Below are positions 11,751 through 24,662 of a stretch of 64,000 bases of DNA, in pieces (position 1 is the first letter of the stretch; each line of letters starts with the position of its first letter). A program made the position numbers and the translations under genes. The notes under the pieces are model-generated. The model was not told the DNA's origin. It worked only from the letters and a program-made list of their open reading frames with translations, and searched no databases. The stretch covers positions 85,252,001 through 85,316,000 of the forward strand of contig CM052817.1 in NCBI GenBank assembly GCA_028534125.1, in the 5' to 3' direction. This stretch comes from Lama glama (lineage: Eukaryota).

Positions 11751-12839
11751 GCTCTTGCTTATTTAAAAAAACACACACAGAAGGTTCTGGATATTGTGTT
11801 TACAGTGTATTAGAAGGCTCTGATACTCTTTCTCTCTAATCTTGGAGTTGTCCTTCACATGTCAGTAAAAGATTAACATTGACATCCTGATGCAAATCAA
11901 GGGACATTGGTGGATACCCTGCATTTGAAAATAGTAAATAAGTCTGGATGTCTGTCACAATTAAAGAGATTATAGCATTATTATCCAAACTGTGGCCATT
12001 TTGTAAAAGAAAGAGGGCCTGTTGTGCCAAGACAACTGGTATAACTGGCTTTGTTTTGGCTAAACTAGAATACAAGGTCATCTTAGTTACAGTTAGCTGA
12101 CTCTGTGGTGAGAGACCCAGAGAGGTCAGTGTTTCTGTGGTCATTGTTTTGATGGCTATAGTATGCCCTGAAGCAGGAGTATTTTTTACCCAACATCTTC
12201 AGCCTGACTATTAAAGAAATATTTAATGGGCAGTTTCTTTAAGTGTAACTTTTGTTTCATTATGTACTATTTTGTTCCTTAAGTTCAACATCTATCTGGA
12301 TGATTTGAAAAATAGGAGTCAACCCTACTTCCCACTATCTTTTCTTCAGGCCCAGCCTGCTGATGAAACTTATTTCAAAGACAAGAATATTAGTTGGTGT
12401 TCAGGTTATTTTTGTTCCTTGGATATACAGAAAGTTCTTGGATTTTGGACAGGCATCTTGTAATTTCAGTTGGCTTGCAGCCCTGTTTTTAGTGAGCTGA
12501 ATAAAGATTTATCCTAAAATTCAGCACTGCACAGTCTGTTATTAATGCATAGCTGAGGGGTTCTTAGGGTGCACAGAGCCATGAACTCATACTTCCAAGT
12601 GCTTGAGTAAAAATGCTTTAAGCATCCCTTGCCCTCTAGTCTCCTCTATCTCTTGCCGCAGTCTACATTGCTGCCCTAGTTTTGAATGAAGTCTGAAAAA
12701 ATAGACATTTGACATTGAGTTTACCCTTTGTCCAAATTCAGTGCTTGAAGAAACATGTCAGAGAGTATTCTGATGAACTTTCCATTGACATTTAAAATCC
12801 ACTAGACTCTATACTATCCCCAAGAAGAGCTCTGTCATT

Positions 12840-13640
12840 GGGGTTAAATCTGATTTGGCTGTCACAAAATATAGAATAAATTTGGAGATTAAAAATAAAA
12901 TAAAAATCTTTTACTCTCTGGTTAGCAATAATATTGTCTACAAATAGCAATCATCCTTTCTCAAGCGTGTGTAGTAGGGCCCTGAGGAAATCCATGTAAT
13001 CCTTGAAAGGCATAGATATTACTAGTCCAGTAATACGAGAAGGAAATACAGAGTGCTGTGAGTTTGAATAACAAAGTGGATATATATGTCTTTGCAGGGC
13101 CAATTGAAAATAAAAACAAGAGCATAAACACTAGTAAAAATAAAGTCTCCATTCTTCTGGAGATATCACAGAGACTAAAAGGCCCCATAAATGTCCCCGG
13201 TGGAGAGGAGCTAGATTGACATTATCATCTGCATGGTATGTAACTCCTGGATACTGGAAGCAAAACACAGAACAACCAAGGGACAGGCCTGTAGAAAAGA
13301 AAAATTGTGGTTCTGCATGGGAAGAGCTGAGAGTATATCTAGATGCTCCGAAGGCTCAGAACATACTATGCAGGCTTAGGAAACATAGGAGACTGAAAAT
13401 CAAGGTAGTTACCGCCCAAATTTCACATACAAGTTTGAGAAAAGCAATATTGCTGCCATGGTTATTATGAGTAAACAGGTTTTGACTAATAAAACTTCAC
13501 GAGAATTCTGTGACTACCTTCTTTGATTTTAATATATATGATATTGATATTTTGATATTGATCTTGTTAATTAAGCTTTTATAATTTCTTATCATGATGC
13601 CAGATTAAGAAAAATAATATGTGAAGTATATTTGAACGTT
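12840..13640 (+). mobile_element. CR1/L3 LINE ORF2 relic (pre-RT and RT N-terminal region)
   Basis: Collinear degenerate matches to recalled CR1 ORF2 segments. GAGATTAAAAATAAAATAAAAATCTTTTAC resembles IKNNKKxFY; GTGGATATATATGTCTTTGCAGGGCCAATTGAAA resembles LDIYKSAGPDE; CATGGTTATTATGAGTAAACAGGTTTTGACTAA resembles QHGFxKNRSCLTN. Confidence 0.5.
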
Positions 13641-13685
13641 ATATGATGTCAAGCTTTGCAATTTATGTATGTATGTATGTATATA

Positions 13686-13787
13686 TGTATAGTTGATTCG
13701 CAGTATTATATTAGTTTCAGGTGTATAGCATAGTGATTCAACATCTTTATAGATTATACTCCATTTAAAGTTATTACAAAATAATGG
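13686..13787 (-). mobile_element. L1 3' UTR terminal fragment (laurasiatherian type)
   Basis: ATAGTTGATT..ATATTAGTTTCAGGTGTATAGCATAGTGATTCA..AGATTATACTCCATTTAAAGTTATTACAAAATAATGG. Confidence 0.8.
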
Positions 13788-14064
13788 TAGGTTGCTTTTT
13801 TTTTAATGAAAACTTTTCCATAGAGTAGAACGTTTCCAAGAAGTTTAAAATTCTATGAAATCTCAATTTATTTAAACTTTTAGCATGCTCTTTCTGACTG
13901 TAATAGAAGGTACTAGAATAAAAGGACCATTTGTACCACCATCTGCCTGGGCTACAGTGAACAGTTAATACATTTACGAGCACATCAGAAGCTCTCCATA
14001 AGTATTACATAAGCTGAATGAAATGAAGTGAAATAAGAAATTGGAACGATATCTCAGTTTCACA

Positions 14065-15170
14065 AGAAGTTTATCCATACATTTAAACTGTGTTCAATGT
14101 TTTAGGCACTTTGGTAAGTGTTGTGGATTCAAATGTAAGAAAAGATTTTTCCTAATTAAGCTGATTTTTCACCATCCATAAGGGAGGGTAGATTTAAGAA
14201 AGAACAAATAATACTTTGCCAAATGCAATAAAAATTATGTCTAAGAAAGAGAAGTTGTATAGAGGAAGTCTATGTTCTAGAAAAGTAGGGTCAGAAAAAG
14301 CTTTAAGTAAGCTTAAAGTTAAGTAGCACTACAAAGAAAGAGCAGTCACTACACAGTCAAGAATAGGATGAGGGCATTTTGGATGGAAGGAAGAATTTAT
14401 TCAGAAACAGATGAACAAATGGCAGTCTGAGTTCCTGGAAGTATAAATAAATCAGCATTGCAATGAGTCTAAAGATTATCCTTAAGAGGAAGAAAGGAAT
14501 AGATCATGAAGAATCTTTGTTATGCTAAGGAACTTGACTTGGGGCCATTCACAATGGAAAGCTATCAAAATGTGGACATCTTGAGAGCAGGAAAGTCTGT
14601 CTTTTTTATTTTTTTACCCTAGGGTTTAAACAGTGTGTGACACACAGATGAGCTACAGATTTTTATTTATTTTTGCTATTTGTTTTTAGTGACAGAAGAA
14701 TGGGTAGCTAGATAAGTGTTTGTATTGAAATGATACCATTAGATGTATTTCATAAATCAGTCTATTTGACTGTAAAATTTTTAGTAGGAATTTTAAGCTT
14801 GAGATTGGGGAAACAGATAAAAAGCTAATAAAATAGTCCTTCTGAGACATAATACTGTGGATTAAGGTAATGCCAGTGAGAGGGCCAAAAGAACGTGGAT
14901 TTGTGACCTATTAAAGAAATAAAGAAATGATATTTGTTAATTTGTTGGAAATAGGGTCAAACAGAGAAAAGGATGCAGAGAGTGTAATTTGTATTTTCTG
15001 ACCTAAATGACTAAATCATTGGGGATATCACCATCTGCAGTAGGGATTACAAAGAAAAAACAGGCTTTTAGAGAAAGAAAATTCAGTTAGGTCATGTTTT
15101 GAAATGAGTAGTACTTATGCTATATCTGAACTTAAGATCAAGTATTTATTTGGTAAGTCTGAATGGAAAT
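14065..15170 (-). mobile_element. L2 (degenerate)
   Basis: AGGCACTTTGGTAAGTGTTGTGGATTCAAA, GGGTCAGAAAAAGCTT, TGCTAAGGAACTTGACTT and TTCAGTTAGGTCATGTTTTGAAATG appear in L2 reverse-complement order. Confidence 0.6.
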
Positions 15171-16589
15171 CAGAAATTGAAATGAATTTTCTAAGCTCCT
15201 AAAAATCCCCACTTTTGTTTGGTACATATTGTATACCAATATGCAAATGCAATATGGCCACTTTCCATACTGATTATAATTTATGACTTAACTGAGTAGA
15301 TTCATGTATATTGGACTGGAAACCTATCTGTAGGGTTAAGCTGGGTTTTCCAAAAATTAGCAGATACTTCATCAAATCAAAAAATGTGGATTCTGAGACT
15401 TTATAAGTAAATTTAGTTAAACATCCTCTTCTCACATGTTATAGAAATAATTGAGTATTAATTAATTCCTTGCACTGATACCTGATTTGTGCATTTACTT
15501 TTCCATTCAAGGCAGTTACTTTAGGCATTCAACATTTCTATGCCAGATGTACTCCTTGGACAGTTTTTCTCTGTGTTGTATCTCTGTACTTTGAACTGCT
15601 TTGTAATTTCACTGAAAATACAAGCCTATAGACAACTTGAGAGTTCCTCTGTCAAGAATTTGAAACCACTGTGAGAATTCAAGGAGAGAATAAGGAAAGG
15701 ACACAAAAGATACAATCAAAGAATTAGAAGACAGAGTCTACTCAGAACAAATGTTAAGTACTTTGAACAGACAGGAGTAACTTCAGATAACGTGGAAATG
15801 CGTTGCTGGGGAATCAGAAGTGTTATTCAGACAATATGAAAAGAGAGGTTGCCACAAAAGCTCTGTCAGTTATTTTCTTTACTTTTACAAGAATTTGCTT
15901 GGATTCTTTTTTGTACTAACATTATAATATCACATTAAAAACATTAGTCACACTTTATGGAGGCATTTATGGATAAAATATAGAGAAATTATTCTAATTT
16001 ATGTAGACATTTATAGCTAAAAGCAAAAATAAAAGCACTCAGTTACTAAAGAAGCATAATGCAGAGCTGCATAACTTAAATTTGTGTTACAGTTTTCAAT
16101 AAACACAAGTTTTTGCATAGGAATAGACTTTGAATCAGTAGTAATTATATATTATTTTTGTATATTTGTATGAGCAATAGCATAATAAACTTAGATCTTA
16201 AAATTTCTGTGAATAACAACTCAAGTTTGTGTGCTATAGTAATAATTGTATCAGTGACAGCAAAAAAACAGAATTTGAGATCTAGCAATAAACTTGCTAC
16301 AATGAGCTTTCTGTGTTTAGGAGATATACTTCTGAGATTCAGTGAGTCCCAGTGTAGTCAAAACACTAAATATTTGAAAAAATTATACCATTATCCTTTC
16401 TACCTTACACAAATCCACAGATTTGTGTATCTGATTATTAACAGAACGTATAGTCATAAGGCAGAAGAAAGTTTATCTCAGATTTTTGTCTTGCTATAGC
16501 TTTTTCTCTTATTTTTCCTATAAAAATAGGAATTTTGTTTGCTTATTGTCTGTTTGCATTTCAGGCCCATTTGTATATTTGATGGCTAT

Positions 16590-16700
16590 TAACGATACTT
16601 CCCCTTAGAAAAATGTTAATACACACTATTTTGCTTAAGATGTATGGGAGATCACAGAAGCACCTGAAACCTATCCGGAGAGCCCAGATCAAGAATTTTT
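16590..16700. mobile_element. hAT-Charlie MITE fragment
   Basis: CTTAGAAAAATG..ATACACACTATTTTGC..GATCACAGA..CCTGAAACCTATCC..CCCAGATCAAGAA resembles the terminus of old Charlie-family MITEs. Confidence 0.45.
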
Positions 16701-16929
16701 AATTACAGTTTTTTCTTTGTGGATTAGAATCCACCCACATCAGCTTATTTCTCTCTTCTCAATCAGTTTTCATATACCTTATCTAGGATAGTCTTGTTTT
16801 ACAGTCATATTGTGGGTGTATTTATTGAATTGGGATTTGGAATTGTTGTATGTCCAATCTTGATGTTTCAGCTCATACTTTGTAGAATCCTCTGAGAGCA
16901 AACTGTGTTTTGAAGATGACATGAGTTAA

Positions 16930-17840
16930 AAACTTCCACAAGTGAACATGGGCAACTCTGAGAGTTAAAGACTCCAGGAGGACTCAGTTAGAGGGAAGCC
17001 TTCACAGTTTGTGAGATTTACTTCTGGGAGCCTGACTGGATTCTCACAGTAAATATCAGAGAAACATGCCTTCATGCCTCTGGTAGGGGGAGAGAAAGGA
17101 AGAAGTTTGAAAAATACCAGAGCAGTCTGTTCTTCGTAACAAGGGCTGCTGTTAAGAGAAACTAGATAACCATCCCCTAACCTACTGAGGTATTATCAAA
17201 GCCTTACTGTCCTAGGGGAAGGGAAATACCCCAATCCAGTTAGGTCTAGCCAGCGTCTCCCACTTAAGGGGGAGGAAAAAACAGAGATAAACTTATGAAG
17301 TTCATAGTTTAGGGACATAGGCTCACTAAAAGACTGAAGCTCATCATTGAACTATAGAAAGCTTCCTCCCACCCCCTAAACACCACATTAATAAGGGCCT
17401 ATTTATAGCAGTCGCTTTTACTTAGTACTTCATGTCCAGCTACCAAGAAAAAATTGCAAGGTATGCCAGAAGGAAAAAAAAAAACCAACACAATTTGAAG
17501 AGGCAAAGCTAGTGTCAGAACCAGACATGGCAAGGGTGTTGAAATGATTAGATGGAAAATTTTAAAGAACTGTGACTAATATGCTGGAAACTAATGGATA
17601 AAGTAAAGACTAGGTGGGCAATGTAAGCAAAGAGATGGAAATCGAAGAAAGAACCAAAAAGATATGCGAATGATCCAAAACACTGTTAACAGAAATGAAG
17701 ACTGCCTTCAGTGGGCTTATTAATAGACTGGACATGGCTGTGAAAGGAGCTAGAGGATTTATCAGTAGAAACCTCCAAAACTGACAAACAAAGAGATCAG
17801 GGAGTGAAAAAACAGAACTGAATATCCACAGCTGTGGGCC
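16930..17840 (+). mobile_element. L1M 5' UTR/ORF1 start (L1MC/MB-type)
   Basis: GAACATGGGCAACTCTGAGAGTTAAAGACTCC, CATGTCCAGCTACCAAGAAAAAATTGCAAGG, AACACTGTTAACAGAAATGAAGACTGCCTT, AATAGACTGGACATGGCTG. Confidence 0.8.
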
Positions 17841-17842
17841 AA

Positions 17843-18322
17843 CATGGCAAAGAGACTTTGCAGATGTGATTGAATTAAAGATCTTGAGATGGGGAGATTA
17901 TCCTGGATTATCTGAATGGACCCAACAAGCGGGAGACAGGAGAATGAGGATGAGAAAATGAGATGTGAAGATGGAAGCAGAGGTATTGTATGTGTGTCTG
18001 TGTGTGTGTGTGTGTATGTGTGTGTGTAAATGAGAGACAGAGAGAAGAGAAAGAAGTTGGAAGATGCTACAGTACTGCCAATGAAGAATTGAGAAAGGGA
18101 CCACAACCCAGTAACCAAAAAATATAAGGCTTTCTAGAAACTGAAAAAGGCAGGAAATGGATTCTTCCTTCAGTGCTTCCAGAAGTAACCATTCCTGCTA
18201 ACACCTTACTGTAGCCCAGTGAGACCAATTTTAGACTCCAGAACTGTAAGAGAATAAATTTGTGTTGCTTAGATCACCAAGTGTGTGGCAGTATGTTACA
18301 GGAGTAACAGGACACTAACACA
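17843..18322 (+). mobile_element. MaLR LTR (MLT1D/C-like) with an internal (TG)n run
   Basis: ATGGCAAAGAGACTTTGCAGATGTGATT..GAGATGGGGAGATTATCCTGGATTATC...CAGAACTGTAAGAGAATAAATTTGTGTTG...ACTAACACA. Confidence 0.88.
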
Positions 18323-18599
18323 ATATATCAATAGATTAACCAGGGGCAGGGTAGCAGGGGACAGTTTTACATATGCATGTATGTTGCAGTTACAAGATGT
18401 AAAAAATAAAATAAACTACAAGCAATGCTTGTGGCTGCGCAGAGTAGTATAAAACTAATTGCCTACAAGATTAAGAACAAGCTCAAAGAAAGAACATTTC
18501 AATTTATCCTTACAGAGTGTCTAATAAATATGATAAATATGTGGTAAAGCAGTCTGGGCAAATGAGATAGCTAATTTAAGGGTGGGCCCATAAAACATG

Positions 18600-20030
18600 T
18601 TTTTTAATTTAATATTTATTTTTATCAAAGTAATCTCCATTCATAGTTTAAAATGATAATAATGAGAAGTAATGTTCTATTCCCCCTACTGTTTCCTATC
18701 ACAGAATCCTGCTTCTTTGAGTCAGTCGCTTCTGTCCTTTTATTTTCCTTCCAAAATCTTACTTCAGTAATTCTAAATATTGTATTCATGCTATTAATTT
18801 ATATTTTCAATATAAATTTTCATATCTTCATAAAAGTGAAAAGGAAGATTAAGCTCTTACATAAAATCCTTCCTCCTGTAATAATCCCACTGTAATTAAT
18901 TTACAATGTTTAAAAATCAGTAGTCATTTAATGTTACATTGTATAACTTTGTACTTAGCATTTATAGCTGAATCACTTCTCCAGTTATATATATATGTCT
19001 TACCTTTTTTGAAAGTATTATAGTTTTCCGTAGACTCTATACCTACCATTTTATTTAGCTTCAAACATTCTGACTGAACTAAAGTACTATAAAACTTCTG
19101 TCATAAGGGTAACACATTGATTCCTCTTTTTTTTTTTCCCCTCATGAGAGACATCCTTCCTGAAGTCGTCTGACTTTCTGCTCCAGTTTGGATTGCCTGA
19201 GCTTTTCATTGTAATGCCTTTGTGACGTTATATTTTATCATACAAACTAGGACACATTTGAAAGTGAACATATATTATTAAAATTACTTCAGTACAGGTG
19301 TAAACCAATACTGTGTAGAACTAGCTTGAGTCCCTCTGTGTCTTGCTTTTTGATCTCCTGTCTCCAGTATTGCATCTCTTGGTATTTTTCATTTGTTTTT
19401 ATTCGGCCTGTTTTGCAGTGTCCTCTGAGAATAGTGCATGAGAAAGTACCTCATACTTTAAATTGCACTTTGCCTTGGTACAGTATTAGAGGTAGGAAGA
19501 CATTTTTTATTAGAGTTCTGAAGAAATTTTTTCATACTTTCTAGGTTTCACTGTTGATGGTGGGAGGTTTGAATCATTCAGATTTCCTAGTCTTTGTACT
19601 AAAGGAAGATTACTTTTGCCTCTGATACTGTCAAACATCACTGTATATGAACTGTATTTCTCTCTACTAGAGGCTTTAAGGGCTTAAAAAATGGTCCTTA
19701 TATATATATCATTATGATATAGTTTGGTATGGAGTTTTTAAAAAATTAATTATGTTAGGTTTAAGGTAGATCCCTACAGTAACGAATACTATACTACTTT
19801 ATTGCACCCCTCATATGATTTTGTTTTCTCCAGCTGAGTAAATCACCTCATTTTATTTGATTTTGACCTACTGATATCTTGATGTGTTGCCATATACCAG
19901 CATTTTGTTTTCAGCTCTTTGCCATTATCACATCTTTAAGTTCTCTTTTTTCGTTGTAGGTTTGTACATTTTTTCACTCACTTGCTGTCACTTTAAAAGG
20001 ATTTAAGTGACAAATAGAGATTAACAATTT
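18600..20030 (-). mobile_element. HAL1/L1ME-type relic
   Basis: T-rich strand with TTTTATCAAAGTAAT..ATAGTTTAAA (3' end) and GGTACAGTATTAGAGGTAGGAAGACATTTT..AGAGTTCTGAAG (ORF1 C-terminal region). Confidence 0.55.
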
Positions 20031-20582
20031 TCTTCAACCTTCCCTCCCTTTTAAACAAAACTTTATTTTTTTTAAATTTAATTTATTAAAAAATTATATT
20101 TGAGGCACCATGAAAACAGACTAAGTTAGGAAAGGATTAGAACCAGGGAAATTTGTTTTACTAACTCAGGTACAGGGTCAGAACCTGTGATGGCAATAGT
20201 GATAAAGAATTAATTTAGAAATTGTTTCACTATAGCTGACAGGGAGGAAGTGAAGCTAATACCAGCTCTGTAGCAGGATGAAAGATAATGTTAGTCTTGA
20301 TGATAAACTGATAATGGCCTTTCAAAGCTCCCATTATCTCTCTCTTCTACCTTTCCTTACTGATTAGGAAGATAGAACCTAGGCATAGGGTTTTCACATA
20401 ATTTGAGAAAATATAGGACAGTTGGGGCAACTGTCATTTGCTTACTATTAAGATCCCTATAATAAACTGCAAGCAATTTTAGAAGAGTTTTATGTAATTC
20501 CTCAGCCTCATTTCTTACCTGTTTTCTTAAGAAACTTATTAAGGATTAAATATTTGAGGGCAAAAAATCAGAGATAAAGCCC

Positions 20583-21083
20583 TGTGTTAGAGTTGGACTT
20601 AGGTATACATTGCACAAATATAGGAGGCAAAAGTGATACAACAGCCATGAATCCCTAATGGTCCTTTAGGTAAGCACAATAAGAGACAGACGCTGAAGTG
20701 GCCAGTTGGTCAAAACTGGTCTTTGCTTTCCTCTATTATGTCTCCAGGTCTTCCTCCTGGCTGCTAGCCTCGCTGACCAGCAGCTACCAAGTGTCCCACC
20801 ACTGTACACTTGGCTGTGGGGCTACAGCAGCAATAGATACACAGAGGCAACATCTTCCATTTACTTCTTCACCAACTGTCCTTAATGGTCCCAGGTTTCC
20901 CTTTGGGGTCCTACCTGTGTACTCATGCATGGGCTCCAAGAGGGCTGATTTTGCTTTTTTCTGATCTTCTAACTTCCCCTCTAGACCTTTGCTTACTTAT
21001 CTCCTCTTACAATTGCATAAAGTCCAATTTCTATTATAAATCTTTATTTTTAAGTACTCAGAGTGGTTCTGATTCCTGAATGA
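20583..21083 (+). mobile_element. ERVL solo LTR (LTR33/LTR67-like)
   Basis: TG start and 3' end TTATAAATCTTTATT..TACTCAGAGTGGTTCTGATTCCTGA characteristic of old ERVL LTRs. Confidence 0.55.
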
Positions 21084-21094
21084 TGCTTTCAGCC

Positions 21095-21540
21095 AAGTCC
21101 ATTTTTTCCTTCATTTATATTATTAAAGTTTTAGCTGGGCATGCAGTTGCCTGCTAGAGACCATATTTCTTCACAGGCTCAATTGCAACTAGGTCCTGCA
21201 ACTAAATGTTGTTATGGGCAAAGATGTATGCACTTTTTCTTTTATTTCCTTATAAGAAAATTGACTTGATCTTCACATTCTCTTCCTTCTGCCCAGTGAG
21301 ATGGAATATGACATAGGGTGACCCCACTTGAACATGTAAATGAGGGCCATTCTTAGAGCATGATAGAGCAAAAGGAGAGAACAGATCCAGATCACTGAAT
21401 GAGTTCTGAAGCCAAGCTCTGCTGCCAGCCTGGATCTCTCACCTCTGGCATGTTATGTGAGCATAAAGAAAATCTATGCTGATTAAGTTGTATTATGGAT
21501 TCCCTTAGCTAAAGAAACAAAACCATATACCACATATTAC
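21095..21540 (+). mobile_element. MaLR LTR (MLT1J/K-like)
   Basis: TTAGCTGGGCATG, CATATTTCTTCACAGGCTC..TGCAACTAGG, CCAGCCTGGA..CACCTCTGG..TTATGTGAG. Confidence 0.6.
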
Positions 21541-21657
21541 AGGCAATATCACTAAACCCTAGTGATGTTTATGACTTTTTCATGGAGCTCTTCAGATATT
21601 CTCCTGCTGCTACTCTTCCTCCCTCAAACCCTACTCTGTGAGTACAAAGGCACATGA

Positions 21658-21730
21658 GCATGCGCACGCGCGCGCGCGCACACACACACACACACATCCA
21701 TACACTGGTGCATACACAACACACACACAA
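21658..21730. repeat. (CG)n/(CA)n compound microsatellite
   Basis: GCATGCGCACGCGCGCGCGCGCACACACACACACACACAT followed by degenerate CA. Confidence 0.95.
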
Positions 21731-23039
21731 ACTTACAGATGAGTCAACACATACGGATAAGGCCTTAAGATCATACACCCAGGCAGAGGTTATATCAGAA
21801 CCAGGTAGGCATGGAGCAGACATTTAGCTTTATGTTGCCTAATGAAATAAACTGTTTTTCCCAGAACTGTTAAATTTCTCCAAGAGTGCTCATCCTGCAC
21901 AGTTTCCTTGATCATTAGAGCTAGCCTAATATTTTGACTGAAAATATTTGTTAAAGCAGTGTTCTTTTAATAAACATGCATTTATTACTTTGTTTTTGTA
22001 AAGGTGATTATGCACAGTCTCATTGTTCACTTGCATTTGGTTTAAAGTTTGGAAGAGCCACCTGTTTGCAAGGAAGAAATAATGTCAATTCAAATTTGGG
22101 TTAAGGCCAAGTTTCACAAATGACAAACTTGCTGGCAGCAAATTTAGCAGCAGAAACTACATCCTAGAGCAGGAGAGAAGTGCCACATCTATCTTTAGTA
22201 TGAACACCAAGTGGCTGTGCTGTCTATAGATACAGTAGCTAGAAAAAAAAATGCAATCTCAAAAAATAAAGAGTAGGGTAGTGTGGGAAACCAGGAATTA
22301 CATCAAACAAAGATCTGGCAATGTATAGTTATATGAGTTGAAGTAATATTAAAATCTGTATTATTCAATCATGGCAAAAAGCTTTAGGACTTATTAAAGT
22401 GTGCCTGTTGTTGGTGGAAAAGCTATGTGTATATAAATTGATGCTTGTAAAGAGGCTGGAATAAGATAAGACGTTGAAGCAAGTCCACAAAGCATGAGAC
22501 ACAGTATACTTCAAATTAAATAGACTTGAAACAGTAGAATGCACTAAGTGATTAAAATAATTAAAGTGGAACAATTGAGATGTAAAGACGAAGGTGAATG
22601 CTCTTACTGAAAGCAGCGTAGCATTCATTCTCCCAGTCAAGGATGCAGAGCAGTCTCTGTCCTGAGAGAGGAGCTTCATGCCAAGTCTTTGCCCAGGGCT
22701 GCCTAGCAACCAGCTCTTCTAGGGAGGGCAATGCCTAAGTTAATCTCTTTGGTAAGCATTTGTAGCTATTAATTTAATTAGCAAATGCAGTGTAGCATGA
22801 ATGATCCTGGTGCGATGGCAAAATATTAATGAAGATTTTGAAATTCTAACCTTGAATAGGCACATTGGAGACTGTTCCCTAGTCATAGTGGGCCAAGGGA
22901 AACTCATTTAAAGTAAAAGTAAAGCAGAAAACTTTTTCCTTTGCAGTCAGTTTCTTTGTGGTTTAAGGAAGAGTTTAATTTAAATTTTCTTCTCTCTTCT
23001 TATTGCACATAAACTTATTGTCAGGCTTTGAAAATGGCA

Positions 23040-23080
23040 GTTGAATAAGGTTTTTCAAACTCTAAAATTCTGTGATTCCT
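23040..23080 (+). mobile_element. CR1/L3 or MIR3 3' terminus
   Basis: AAGGTTTTTCAAACTCTAAAATTCTGTGATTC matches the CR1-type (ATTCTRTG) tail. Confidence 0.5.
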
Positions 23081-24169
23081 GAATAGCAGCTCCTCCCCCC
23101 ACAGTATCCTAGTTTTAATTGTACTGTTTCTTAGAAGATCTGTGCTTTTACCAACATAAATGTGGTCAAGGGAAACTGTATCAGATACCTTTCAAAGACT
23201 ATTAATGCTACTCTTTTTAGCTGGCTAGAAGGGCAACTGTTCAGTGATAACAAGGAATGCTTTATGGCTTTGACTCCGAGGCCCAGTGTTCTGTCCCCAC
23301 AAGGCTCCTGCCCAGACATTTCCATTTCAGTTTCAAAAAAGACAGTGGTGCTTCAGATGTTTCAGAGGGTCAAGTTTCACCAAAGGCAGATTACCTAGCA
23401 TTTTATGTACTTTCTATGAACTTTTTCCTCTAGTAAAATTCTTTAATGAGGTACTAGATCTTGATCTTGCTAAACATTGTGTGATAAAGCTAAAATGTTG
23501 TCTCAAATTTTAACGAAGATACACTGGAAAAATTAAAATCTTCAGAATCCTCCCTTTGCTCCTCTTCCTTTCTAATTCAAGAGTGGAATTCATCAATACT
23601 CTAGTTTCTGCAAAGAAAATCAGTAATCTGCTCATTTTTACTCTGCTACTACTGTGAGAATGATGTCTTTCCATTTTATAGGAGAATCTGAAGTTCAAAA
23701 TTAGTTCTGTAGATACTTGTGAACTGATTATGGACAAGGTCAAGGATGCTGAATGTCTAGCGGAAAATCCTAAGTAAAAAACACAGAGAAAACAACCATT
23801 AAAGTAGCAGAGATGGTCATTTAGTCAAAAAGTTAATACCTTACCTCTGAAAATGTAACTTTTCCATGGACAGGAAGGAAATATGTTTGTGTGTTTATGC
23901 GTTTGTGTGTCCTACTTCCCAAGTCTATGAGTATGTTTCAATAGGACATATAATTATAAGAAGAGAGCTGTTTAATTGGAAGTAACTCACCTGGCTTCAA
24001 TTCTTTACTTACAAACAACGTATTAAAAAAGAGAGCTATAGAGTCAAACAACTCAAATGTTTCTCAAGCAGCAGTTTGACTAAAAGAACAATCAGATCAA
24101 CTGATTTTTTGAAATTATGAATAAGAACAAAATTCTTATCTAGGTATTTAACTGTCTGACCATTTAATG

Positions 24170-24354
24170 TATTACTCTTCAAAATATGTTTTTAGAACGG
24201 TAGCATCGGTATCACCTAGGAAATAGTTGAAATGCAAACTATTGGCCCCCTTGCACCCTCCCCTCCATACCTAAGGAATCAAAAACTTTGGAGGCAGGGC
24301 TTAGGTAGGTGAGAATCCAGGTAATTCTGTTGCATGCTAGTTGGAGAAGCACTG
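24170..24354. mobile_element. MER5A-like hAT-Charlie MITE
   Basis: AGCATCGGTATCACCTAGGAA..GAAATGCAAA..GAATCAAAAACTTTGGAGGCAGGGC..CCAGGTAATTCTG..GAGAAGCACTG. Confidence 0.75.
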
Positions 24355-24562
24355 CTCTGATGTGATGTATACCTCTCCACTAAAAATTTATTTTCTCCAA
24401 TATCTTGGAAACTATTATAAATATAAAGTGTTACTTTAGATAAGTTTAAATTAATTTAAAATTATTTACAATAATAAATTTTTAAAATTTAAAATAATTT
24501 TTTTAAAACCCTGTTTTTAATTTTTCTGTCAGTGAATGTCAGTTTTTTTTTTAATTCACAAA

Positions 24563-24662
24563 NNNNNNNNNNNNNNNNNNNNNNNNNNNNNNNNNNNNNN
24601 NNNNNNNNNNNNNNNNNNNNNNNNNNNNNNNNNNNNNNNNNNNNNNNNNNNNNNNNNNNNNN
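24563..24662. other. assembly gap (100 N)
   Basis: Run of N. Confidence 1.

Noticed and set aside
12160..12463. Possible non-LTR RT motifs (LKQEYFLPNIFSL; FNIYLDDL...PADET)
   Set aside because: The two readings compete for the same RT motif and the catalytic (Y/F)ADD is not recoverable. Too weak to call without an HMM search.
23845..23867. Phospholamban-like start MEK
   Set aside because: The sequence diverges after three residues and no transmembrane helix follows.
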